Assembly: GCF_006345805.1 (NCBI RefSeq)
Contig: NW_021825479.1
Span: forward strand, 1-15,975
Direction: 5' to 3'
Source of the DNA: Octopus sinensis
Lineage: Eukaryota
Length of the DNA: 15,975 nt
Shown: piece by piece, positions 1 to 9,700 of the stretch
Position numbering within the stretch: the first letter of the stretch is position 1
Layout of the letters: every line of letters starts with the position of its first letter
Position numbers and translations under genes: made by a program
The notes under the pieces: generated by a model
What the model was told of the DNA's origin: nothing
The model's database searches: none
What the model saw: only the letters and a program-made list of their open reading frames with translations

Positions 1-189
1 TTAAATACAATTTGGGATTTTTTGCGGAAGGGTGAAAGTGGTAAACAAAACAGGACAGTGAGAGCAAAACAGTAAAACAAACGGTGAGGTTGTTAAGGCA
101 AGACGATAGAAAAATTATTATGAACGCTAGGAGGACGAGCTATGAGATGAGACAGGTATAAGTTTTTTTTGATATCCTGTACCCATATA

Positions 190-293
190 TGCTATATATG
201 TAGGTATTGTCATATATGTATGTATATATGCATATATTTATATATCATTTATAATATTATATATCATCGAGCGACACGCATTCCTTTTCCAAG

Positions 294-337
<44 letters not shown>

Positions 338-345
338 ATATATAT
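190..345. repeat. TA-rich microsatellite / low-complexity tract, (TA)n core at 301-345
   Basis: Direct reading of TA dinucleotide runs; explains the YIYI ORF 169..363. Confidence 0.95.
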
Positions 346-503
346 GAAACAAAGATGTGCTAAAAGAAATAACTTATATTGTCAGTGACGCTTGTGCGCA
401 TGTTCAAATTCACAGACGAGAGGAAGATGTACTCAATCCACGAAGTAGAATATAGGCTTTATTTAAATCCTAGACTTCTTTCGTTGTTTCTGATTTTCAC
501 GTG

Positions 504-504
<1 letters not shown>

Positions 505-542
<38 letters not shown>
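505..542. repeat. (CA)n microsatellite
   Basis: About 19 perfect CA units. Confidence 0.98.
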
Positions 543-545
<3 letters not shown>

Positions 546-794
546 GCGCATATACAGAGAGACAGAGCAACAGAATTATGACGATAGTGATGATGACATG
601 AGGTATGTGCGTGTGCATATGTTGATGTGTGTGTGTGTGTGATTGTGTGATTGTGCGTGTATGTATGTGTGTTACTCTCGTAGTTGTCATCAACAGCTGA
701 TAATGATGTCATACGTCGCTGAGAGTTTCCATTTACCATTGTCATAGATGTCGACCAACCATTGTTTCTGTCTAACAGTTTCGGCTGACATATC

Positions 795-1260
795 ATCACA
801 ACCGCCACCACCAATACCACCACCGCCACCACCACCACCCACCACCACCACCACCGCTACCACCACACACCGCCGTCATCACCATCACCACCACCACCAC
901 CACCACCACACAACCACCACCACCACCACCACGACAACCACCACCGCCGCCGCCGCCGCCGCGTTATCACCATCACCACCACCACCACCACCACCGCCGC
1001 CGCCACCGCTACCACCACCACTAATACAACCACCATTACCGCTATCGCCACCGTCACAACAAACACCACCACAAATACCACAACCGAAACCACCATCGCC
1101 GTCGCTACCATCACCACCGCCACCACCACAACCGCCGCCGCCGCCACCACCACCAGCACCACCAATACCACCACACCACCACCACCACCAACACCACCAC
1201 CAATACCACCACCACCAATACCACCACCACCACCAATACCACCACTCCACCGCCACCAGT
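795..1260. repeat. Degenerate (CCA/ACC)n trinucleotide tract
   Basis: CCA runs with CCG/CAA/TCA variants; yields poly-P/T/H on + and poly-G/V/W on -, with several frames open at once. Confidence 0.95.
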
Positions 1261-1622
1261 TAGACATACGATACCTTAACTATTGTTGTTGTTGTTGTTA
1301 TTAGTGTTCTCTTTATTATCATTACTACTGCAGTCGCTGTTGTTATTGTTGTTATAGTTACGTAGCGGCTGATGTTTTTTAGGAATTCGCCACGATTTCT
1401 TTAACTTTCAGAAAAAAAAAAAAGAAAGATCTAAGACCGCACCCCACCCACCTCTAGTCTTCCCCCATTGCCGCTGCAACCCTCTTCTGCCCTTCCCTCG
1501 CTCTCTCTCTGTTTACAGTTTGTATAAGGTCAGCTGAAATATGTGGCTAACTCATTGTCCATACGTTGGCGAAATATCTTATTGAATGGTATTTTTGGCA
1601 TTTGAAAGGATGTCTTCAGAAT

Positions 1623-2101
1623 CGTGCGTGCGTCAGCGTGTCTGCGTGCGCGCGCGCGTATGTATGTGTGTGTGTGTGTGTGTGTGTAGGTTAGGAGGTG
1701 GGCTATGGGCGTGAACGTGCGTTTCTAAGAATACGTTTATACATGTATATGTATGTATGTGCGCACATTTGTGTGTGTTTCTGTGTGTACTGTGTGTGTG
1801 TGAGTGTGTATATGTGTGTATGGGTGGGTGTGCATATGTGTGCGTGTGTGTTTGGCATACATGTACGTATCTATGTTTGTGTGTGTGTGTGTATATAATA
1901 TATATATATAGATAGATACATACACACACAAACACATATATCGTATAAGTATTATGTAATACATAAATTTGCTATCAATGTACACCCATGTATACATATA
2001 TAAACACACACGTACATAGATTCATACACATACATACACACATAGCTACATATGTACACACACATATTTACATACACATGCAAAACAGATATGTACATAC
2101 T

Positions 2102-2150
<49 letters not shown>

Positions 2151-2165
2151 ATATATAATATATAT
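1623..2165. repeat. Compound microsatellite region: (CG)/(TG)n, (TATG)/(TACA)n, (TA)n
   Basis: Direct reading. Confidence 0.9.
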
Positions 2166-2362
2166 TAATCCAAACATGAAAAAGAGAAAACACAACAACG
2201 CGAGGATGTGGAACAAGTATAGTGTTATTGGACGCCCTGGAAAGGAAAGAAAGAAGGAGGATTTAACGTTTCGAGCGGAGCTCTTCGTCAGAAACATAGA
2301 AAAAGGAAAGGTCCAAGGAAGGGAAGGCGGAGAAAGAAAATCGCCAACGAGACACACACGAT
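2166..2362 (-). mobile_element. Short non-coding Penelope-like (PLE)-type repeat fragment embedded in TA microsatellite
   Basis: About 200 bp of complex sequence between two (TA)n tracts. The minus strand carries CTGACGA-A-GAGC-TCC-GCTC-GAAACGTT, the type of motif found in PLE terminal repeats. A 6-bp inverted repeat (TTGGAC 2228-2233 / GTCCAA 2311-2316) brackets it. Family assignment is by motif recognition only. Confidence 0.5.
2261..2295 (-). ncRNA. Minimal type I hammerhead-ribozyme-like motif
   Basis: Minus strand: GUUU CUGACGA A GAGC UCC GCUC GAA ACGU U AAAU. Both core boxes (CUGANGA, GAAA), a 4-bp stem II, a palindromic ACGU in place of stem III, and a 4-bp stem I. Non-canonical points: extra A after CUGACGA, GUU triplet, weak stem I. 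Confidence 0.55.
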
Positions 2363-2364
2363 CA

Positions 2365-2460
2365 ATATATATATATATATATATATACATACATACATAC
2401 ATATATATATACCTACACTCATACATACACACATACACACACATACATACATACATGCAA
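2365..2460. repeat. (TA)n / (TACA)n microsatellite
   Basis: Direct reading. Confidence 0.9.
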
Positions 2461-2662
2461 GCAAACATAGATATGCACATATATTCATAAGTACGTGCAT
2501 GCATGCGAGTTCGCGTACAATGAGTCATGTAGGCATCAATAAATATATAGAAAAACAGGTGTGTGTGTATGCACATTCGTACGTGCAGACATATATTGAT
2601 TATGCGTACCTTAGCTATGGATACGAAGATATCATTATAGCAGTATGTATACTATATACGTG

Positions 2663-3091
2663 TGTGGAGGTGCAATGGCCCAGTGGTTAGGGCAGCGGAC
2701 TCGCGGTCGTAGGATCGCGGTATCGATTCCCAGACCGGGCGTTGTGAGTGTTTATTGAGCGAAAACACCTAAAGCTTCACAAGGCTCCTGCAGGGGGTGG
2801 TGGTGAACCCTCCTGTACTCTTTCACCACAACTTTCTCTCACTCTTTCTTCCTGTTTCTTGAGTAACGCTGCGATGGACTGGCGTCCCGTCCAGCTGGGG
2901 AACACATACGCCACAGAAACCGGGCCCATGAGCCTGGCTAGGCTTGAAAAGGGCCAGCCTTGTCACACTCTGTGTCACGCTGAATCTCCTCGAGAACTAC
3001 GTTAAGGGTACACGTGTCTGTGGAATGCTCAGCCACTTGCACGTTAATTCCACGAGCATGTCGTAACCGACGGAGTGCTCCTATCTATATT
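2663..3091 (+). mobile_element. tRNA-derived SINE, family A, near full length
   Basis: Pol III A box TGGCCCAGTGG (2676-2686) and B-box-like GGTATCGATTCC (2719-2730). A homologous second copy lies at 11416-11725. Flanked by the direct repeat CTATATACGTG(T) at 2652-2663 and 3092-3103 (TSD). Confidence 0.9.
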
Positions 3092-3232
3092 CTATATACG
3101 TGTATTTGTGTAACATTCTCCGTTTTTCTTCCGTCCTTGTTTTCGTATACATTAAAGACAAAGTTCACCGTGATTTGAAAAGTGCAAGAAGAAATATTGT
3201 TAAGTATTTCTTTCAGATGCTCTTTTTAACTG

Positions 3233-3565
3233 GCACTCCGTCGGTTACGACGATGAGCGTTCAACGGAACAGGTTGCTCGTGAAATTAACGTACAAGTGG
3301 CTGAGTACTCCACTGACATGTGTACCCTTAATGTAGTTCCCAGGGTATCAAGCGTGATATAGAATGTAACAAGGCTGGTCCTTTGAATTACAGGTACTAC
3401 TCATTTTCACTTGCTGAGTGGATTGGAGAAAAACATGAAATAAAGTGTCTTGCTCAAGGACACAACCGGGTATCGATCTCAGCCAGGTATCCATCTCACA
3501 GCCGCATATCGATCTCAGGACCTTGCGATCGTGAGCCGAATACTCAGACCTCTAAACCACGCGCT
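3233..3565 (-). mobile_element. tRNA-derived SINE, family C, sharing its 3' region with family A
   Basis: Minus-strand A-box-like TGGTTTAGAGG (3549-3559), triplicated B-box region (3466-3518) and core motif GTTGTGTCCTTGAGCAAGACAC. Its 3' ~150 nt is the reverse complement of 2948-3078 (~84% identity over the 111 columns hand-aligned). Confidence 0.85.
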
Positions 3566-3654
3566 CTAACGATTCTACCAATTCACAGCCTTAAATTCCT
3601 AAAACCAGCAGAGAATCGAAAATTCTGATGGACGTGATTGATTAAGTTTGTCCC

Positions 3655-3770
3655 TGTGTTTTTACTGGTATTTCATTTTATCACAAAAGTGAAAGCAAAG
3701 TTGATCTAGGTGGGATTTGAACTAAGATCGTAAAGAGTTGGAACAAATGCAGCACCACGTTTACAGTTGA
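3655..3770 (-). mobile_element. Degraded SINE family B fragment
   Basis: CTGGTATTTCATTTTATC...AAAGTTGATCTAGGTGGGATTTGAACTAAGATCGTA aligns by eye to the family B copies at 4471-4561 and 12445-12600. Confidence 0.65.
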
Positions 3771-3774
3771 GTGG

Positions 3775-3870
3775 GCTGAAGTAACGTATAACGAGGTGTC
3801 TTGCTCAGGAACATAACACACCGTTCGGTTCGGCAAGCGAAACCACTATCTAGCGATCATGAGTGCAATG
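3775..3870 (-). mobile_element. Degraded SINE family C fragment
   Basis: GTGTCTTGCTCAGGAACATAAC and GCGATCATGAG match GTGTCTTGCTCAAGGACACAAC and GCGATCGTGAG of the 3233-3565 copy. Confidence 0.6.
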
Positions 3871-3884
3871 TACGTGGGATGTAC

Positions 3885-4115
3885 CCTTGTCCGGACATCA
3901 CTTGATGGTTGTAAACGGGTGAGGACGTCATAGAAGCGATGGTGTTCGTCTTCAGTCTTCTGTGAGAAAACATGTCTAGACATGGAGAAATATTACCCTG
4001 CTTTGAAATGAGTGAGGGTTGGCGACAGAAACGGCATCCGGCTACAGAAAATCTGCCTCAGAAAATTCTGTCTGACCCATGCAAGAATAGGAAAGTACAT
4101 GAATAAAACAATGCT
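3885..4115 (+). mobile_element. Probable 3' part of another SINE/RTE-related interspersed repeat
   Basis: GGTTGGCGACAGAAACGGCATCCGGCTACAGAAAATCTGCC...GACCCATGCAAG resembles a recurrent invertebrate repeat motif (GGCGACAGGAAGGGCATCCGGCCGTA). Recognised from memory; no second copy in this window. Confidence 0.4.
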
Positions 4116-4336
4116 CCTGCTGTTGCTGATGATAGTCTAGTCACAATAGAGACTCTACAGAACGCTGTAGCCATTTTGTAAGGTAGGAGAGGTAATCTAG
4201 TTACAGTACGGACCATATGGAATGTGATGTTAGATGTCAGGTGTTGTATAATTGTAAATCATGTGGAAATATCATATTACACGGTCGATTACACAGCAGT
4301 CATTTCAGTTTTATATCTCGGATCTGTATACATACA

Positions 4337-4338
<2 letters not shown>

Positions 4339-4382
<44 letters not shown>
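4339..4382. repeat. (TA)n microsatellite
   Basis: About 22 TA units. Confidence 0.97.
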
Positions 4383-4386
<4 letters not shown>

Positions 4387-4429
4387 TACTTCATATATTG
4401 CTTTCAAATTTTGACAAAGTCAACAATTT

Positions 4430-4611
4430 CTAAGTGGGGGGAAATGGATTGCATCAGCCTTAGTACTCAACTGGTATTTATTTTCTTGACCCCGGAAGGA
4501 TAAGAGACAAAGTCGACCTCGGTGGAATTTGAACTCAGAACGTATAGACTGACGAAACACCGCTATGCATATTGCTCGGCGTGCTTTCAATTCTGCCGGC
4601 TCGCCGCCTTA
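4430..4611 (-). mobile_element. SINE family B copy (head at right end)
   Basis: Minus-strand B box GAGTTCAAATTCC and head GGCGGCGAGCCGGCAGAAT. About 85% identical (14 mismatches in 91 nt, hand-aligned) to the reverse complement of 5018-5108. Confidence 0.85.
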
Positions 4612-4741
4612 TTAATGCTACATATATTAGGATTTTTTTTCCTGTTCGTCCGCCTGAGCGATGAGGACAATCTAGTCATCCTTAAGGATGACTCATAGCT
4701 TGCATGGTGACAAGGACTTTGTTTAAAGAGTTGCGCACCCT

Positions 4742-4790
4742 CAACACACACACAAGCACACACATTCTCTCTCTCTCTCTCTCTCTCTCA
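4742..4790. repeat. (CA)n-(CT)n compound microsatellite
   Basis: Direct reading. Confidence 0.9.
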
Positions 4791-4812
4791 TCTCTGACCA
4801 CCTTCAATACAG

Positions 4813-4958
4813 TGGCAAGATCAATATCAATCAGGTCAAGGTGACAAGGGATGGAGATGGATGCAGTGAATGATCAAGACGTTCTACTTGTCTCATCTTG
4901 TTCTCTGCATTTCGCAATGCGTTGCTGTGGCCGCCCTCCTCTCCGTTGACCCATGAAG
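4813..4958 (+). other. Candidate exon (weak); UTR or coding status unclear
   Basis: CT tract, CTGAC at 4794-4798 and TACAG acceptor ending at 4812; AAG|GTTTGT donor at 4958/4959. One frame reads GKININQVKVTRDGDGCSE*SRRSTCLILFSAFRNALLWPPSSPLTHE with a single TGA. The donor overlaps the edge of a SINE, so it may be fortuitous. Confidence 0.25.
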
Positions 4959-4959
4959 G

Positions 4960-5190
4960 TTTGTCTGTCCTTGTTTATCCCTTCTGTGTTTAGCCTCTTG
5001 TGGGTAGTAAAGAAATAGGTATTTCGTCTGTCGCTACGTTCTGAGTTCAAATTCCGCCGAGGTCAACTTTGCCTTTCATCCTTTCGGGGTCGATAAATTA
5101 AGTACCAGTTACGCACTGGGGTGGATGTAATCGACTTAATCCCTTTGTCTGTCCTTGTTTATCCCCTCTATGTTTAGCCCCTTGTGGGTT
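4960..5190 (+). mobile_element. Headless SINE family B derivative: about 1.25 copies of the 184-bp unit
   Basis: TTTGTCTGTCCTTGTTTATCC recurs at 4960 and 5144 (period 184) and the segment contains B box GAGTTCAAATTCC. It is the reverse complement of the 184-bp unit at 12077-12444. Confidence 0.88.
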
Positions 5191-5213
5191 ATAATGAAAT
5201 GTACTTAAATTAT

Positions 5214-5451
5214 TTAAATGATAATCTTCAGGAAAGTTTTGCAGATTTTTACAGTTTCATTGATGGATTGGATCTGTAGTCTTCGAATCAGCTTTCTCCT
5301 TTCTGGTTTTTGCAAAGCCTAATTTCTCAAGATTGGTATTTAGGCAGCATGATACATATCCCAGTGCCTCAATAATTACAGGTATAAATCTGAACTTGTA
5401 ATCTGGAAAGAGTAACAGTAGATTCCTTATTAGTTCAGCGTAGGTATTTTC
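5214..5451 (-). pseudogene. 5'-truncated, frameshifted C-terminal fragment of a non-LTR retrotransposon restriction-like endonuclease (R4/Dong/NeSL-type)
   Basis: Reads ENTYAELIRNLLLLFPDYKFRFIPVIIEALGYVSCCLNTNLEKLGFAK, then after a one-base insertion in an A run near 5306-5311, PERRKLIRRLQIQSINETVKICKTFLKIII* (stop 5214-5216). Matches the KY..L...L...W/Y...IP(I/V)(V/I)IGALG...L..L pattern at the end of RLE ORFs. Confidence 0.7.
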
Positions 5452-5504
5452 TGTATGTATGTATGTATGTATGTATGTATGTATGTATGTATGTATGTAT
5501 GTAT
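5452..5504. repeat. (TATG)n microsatellite
   Basis: About 13 perfect units. Confidence 0.97.
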
Positions 5505-5912
5505 TTACGTATGCTTGTATGTCTGCGCACCTAAAAATTCTGTAACCTTGAAAATATTCTGAGAACTGGTTCAAAAAAAAAAATTTCAAAATACCACTCG
5601 ATATTCTATGATCTATTTCAGAGTTAATTAGAGTTTTAGGCTTTGAAATTCTTGCCCTATATCACATCTTCAATCTATTGTTCGCTGATTTTCATGCTAA
5701 AAAATATAATTCCTTATCTTACTAACAGACATGAAGGCGTCTGTTTTTCTTTTTTCGTGTTTTGGTATTGTTGTTGTTTGATAAAGAATTCTTGCCTTCC
5801 TCTACTCCAAACGACATTTTAAGCATCATATATTCTCTCACTTTGGTATCACCATCTCTTTGGTGAAGTCATCGTATGAATTCTATATCAAAATGCAAAC
5901 CATCCGTCTGGA

Positions 5913-6213
5913 GTTGTTGGTGGTGGTGGTGGTCGTGGTCGTGATGGTGGAGGCTGTGGTAATATTGATTGCAATGTTGGTGATGATAGTAGTGATGATT
6001 GCGGTGACGGTTACGATACCAGTGGTGGTGGCGGCGGCGGTGGTGCTGGTGCTGGTTGTGGGAATAGTGGAAGTGGTGGCATGGGTGTTCATAACAGCAT
6101 GGTAGCCCCCCGGGCAAAGCCAAGCTGCTCAGTGTGTCCATTTCACAAGACGGTATAAAGTGGTGGTGGTGATGGTGGTGGTGGTGGCGGTGGTACTATT
6201 AGTGGTAGTGGTT
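5913..6213. repeat. Degenerate (TGG)n tract (opposite orientation to the CCA tracts)
   Basis: GGT/TGG runs interrupted at about 6085-6160. Confidence 0.9.
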
Positions 6214-6304
6214 AGTACTTTTGATTTTCCAAGGAGGTGTGTCTCAATATATTTGTCATATCTACCATGTCGTTGGCATGCTGAAGTCGACAGATGAGAG
6301 GTAC

Positions 6305-6306
<2 letters not shown>

Positions 6307-6385
<79 letters not shown>

Positions 6386-6473
6386 AAGAGAGAGAAAGAA
6401 AGAAAGAAAGAAGAAAGATAGAGAGAAAGAGAGAGAGAGAAAAAGAGAGAGAAAGAAAGAGAAAGAGAGAGAA

Positions 6474-6552
<79 letters not shown>

Positions 6553-6556
6553 AAGA
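6307..6556. repeat. (GA)n/(GAAA)n polypurine tract
   Basis: About 250 nt of pure purine. Confidence 0.97.
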
Positions 6557-6769
6557 GGCGCGGAGCTAACCATTAGAACTTCCCATTTGTATATGTTTTT
6601 CAAGACCACGGAATATAGATTCCCCTAAATCTTTGCTATTGTCAGCAATTAGATACGAGAACATGCAACGGTGTGGATCTGACCATTATAAAACGTATAA
6701 ACTGAATGGCAAACCTAAGCAACACTCTGAGTGGCGCCAGAGAGGTGGAGGGTTTGCTAGGATTAATAA

Positions 6770-9700
6770 CATCATCTGGTCCTTGGATACCTTTGGCAGG
6801 GGTCAGTATCATTTGGGCGTCGAGTACTTTTAGCAGGGTACATTATCATCTGGTCCTTGGGTACCTTTGGCAGAGGTAAGCATCATCTGGTCGTCGAGTA
6901 CCTTTAGCAGGGTACATTATCATCTGGTCCTTGGGTACCTTTGGCAGAGGTAAGCATCATCTGGTCGTCGAGTACCTTTAGCAGGGTATATTATCATCTG
7001 GTCCCTGGATACCTTTGGCAGAGGTAAGCATCATCTGGTCGTCGAGTACCTTTAGCAGGGTACATTATCATCTGGTCCCTGGATACCTTTGGTAGAGGTA
7101 AGCATCATCTGGTTGTCGAGTACCTTTAGCAGGGTACATTATCATCTGGTCCCTGGATACCTTTGGTAGAGGTAAGCATCATCTGGTAGTCGAGTACCTT
7201 TAGCAGGGTACATTATCATCTGGTCCCTGGATACCTTTGGTAGAGGTAAGCATCATCTGGTCGTCGAGTACCTTTAGCAGGGTACATTATCATCTGGTCC
7301 CTGGATACCTTTGGTAGAGGTAAGCATCATCTGGTCGTCGAGTACCTTTAGCAGGGTATATTATCATCTGGTCCCTGGATACCTTTGGCAGAGGTAAGCA
7401 TCATCTGGTCGTCGAGTACCTTTAGCAGGGTACATTATCATCTGGTCCCTGGATACCTTTGGTAGAGGTAAGCATCATCTGGTCGTCGAGTACCTTTAGC
7501 AGGGTACATTATCATCTGGTCCCTGGATACCTTTGGCAGAGGTAAGCATCATCTGGTCGTCGAGTACCTTTAGCAGGGTACATTATCATCTGCTCCTTGG
7601 GTACCTTTGGCAGAGGTAAGCATCATCTGGTCGTCGAGTACCTTTAGCAGGGTACATTATCATCTGGTCCTTGGGTACCTTTGGCAGAGGTAAGCATCAT
7701 CTGGTCGTCGAGTACCTTTAGCAGGGTATATTATCATCTGGTCCCTGGATACCTTTGGCAGAGGTAAGCATCATCTGGTCGTCGAGTACCTTTAGCAGGG
7801 TACATTATCATCTGGTCCCTGGATACCTTTGGTAGAGGTAAGCATCATCTGGTCGACGAGTACCTTTAGCAGGGTACATTATCATCTGGTCCCTGGATAC
7901 CTTTGGCAGAGGTAAGCATCATCTGGTCGTCGAGTACCTTTAGCAGGGTACATTATCATCTGCTCCTTGGGTACCTTTGGCAGAGGTAAGCATCATCTGG
8001 TCGTCGAGTACCTTTAGCAGGGTACATTATCATCTGGTCCTTGGGTACCTTTGCAGAGGTAAGCATCATCTGGTCGTCGAGTACCTTTAGCAGGTACATT
8101 ATCATCTGGTCCTTGGGTACCTTTGGCAGAGGTAAGCATCATCTGGTCGTCGAGTACCTTTAGCAGGGTACATTATCATCTGGTCCTTGGGTACCTTTGG
8201 CAGAGGTAAGCATCATCTGGTCGTCGAGTACCTTTAGCAGGGTACATTATCATCTGGTCCTTGGGTACCTTTGGCAGAGGTAAGCATCATCTGGTCGTCG
8301 AGTACCTTTAGCAGGGTATATTATCATCTGGTCCCTGGATACCTTTGGCAGAGGTAAGCATCATCTGGTCGTCGAGTACCTTTAGCAGGGTACATTATCA
8401 TCTGGTCCCTGGATACCTTTGGTAGAGGTAAGCATCATCTGGTCGTCGAGTACCTTTAGCAGGGTACATTATCATCTGGTCCCTGGATACCTTTGGCAGA
8501 GGTAAGCATCATCTGGTCGTCGAGTACCTTTAGCAGGGTACATTATCATCTGGTCCTTGGGTACCTTTGGCAGAGGTAAGCATCATCTGGTCGTCGAGTA
8601 CCTTTAGCAGGGTACATTATCATCTGGCCCTTGGGTACCTTTGGCAGAGGTCAGCATCATCTGGTCGTCGAGTACCTTTAGCATGGTACATTATCATCTG
8701 GTCCTTGGGTACCTTTGGTAGAGGTAAGCATCATCTGGTCGTCGAGTACCTTTAGCAGGGTACATTATCATCTGGTCCCTGGATACCTTTGGCAGAAGTC
8801 AGCATCATCTGGTCGTCGAGTACCTTTAGCAGGGTACATTATCATCTGGTCCTTGGGTACCTTTGGCAGAGGTCAGCATCATCTGGTCGTCGAGTACTTT
8901 TAGCAGGGTACCTTATCATCTGGTCCTTGGGTACCTTTGGCAGAGGTCAGCATCATCTGGTCGTCGAGTACCTTTAGCAGGGTACATTATCATCTGGTCC
9001 TTGGGTACCTTTGGCAGAGGTAAGCATCATCTTGTCGTCGAGTACCTTTAGCAGGGTACATTATCATCTGGTCCCTGGATACCTTTGGCAGAGGTCAGCA
9101 TCATCTGGTCGTCGAGTACCTTTAGCAGGGTACATTATCATCTGGTCCTTGGGTACCTTTGGCAGAGGTAAGCATCATCTGGTCGTCGAGTACCTTTAGC
9201 AGGGTACATTATCATCTGGTCCTTGGGTACCTTTGGCAGAGGTAAGCATCATCTGGTCGTCGAGTACCTTTAGCAGGGTACATTATCATCTGGTCCTTGG
9301 GTACCTTTGGCAGAGGTAAGCATCATCTGGTCGTCGAGGTACCTTTAGCAGGGTATATTATCATCTGGTCCCTGGATACCTTTGGCAGAGGTAAGCATCA
9401 TCTGGTCGTCGAGTACCTTAGCAGGGTACATTATCATCTGGTCCCTGGATACCTTTGTAGAGGTAAGCATCATCTGGTCGTCGAGTACCTTTAGCAGGGT
9501 ACATTATCATCTGGTCCCTGGATACCTTTGGCAGAGGTAAGCATCATCTGGTCGTCGAGTACCTTTAGCAGGGTACATTATCATCTGCTCCTTGGGTACC
9601 TTTGGCAGAGGTAAGCATCATCTGGTCGTCGAGTACCTTAGCAGGGTACATTATCATCTGGTCCTTGGGTACCTTTGGCAGAGGTAAGCATCATCTGGTC

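Noticed and set aside
748-1267. Pro/His/Thr-rich ORF with an upstream acceptor-like TGTTTCTGTCTAACAG
   Set aside because: Several frames on both strands are open because (CCA)n lacks stops; the same tract type occurs at 5913 and 12794.
1519-1528. 10-nt microexon between CTGTTTACAG and GTCAGC
   Set aside because: The pyrimidine tract is a CT microsatellite and the donor is weak; nothing else supports it.
2176-2490. 104-aa basic ORF over the Penelope-like fragment
   Set aside because: Purine-rich strand bias followed by microsatellite; no recognisable RT or GIY-YIG motif.
2663-2740. Genuine tRNA gene
   Set aside because: A and B boxes are present but the anticodon and acceptor stems do not pair properly, and the sequence continues into a SINE body with a TSD.
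4125-4165. Second hammerhead (CTGATGA followed by an AGTCT/AGACT stem)
   Set aside because: No GAAA after the stem and no stem I or III.
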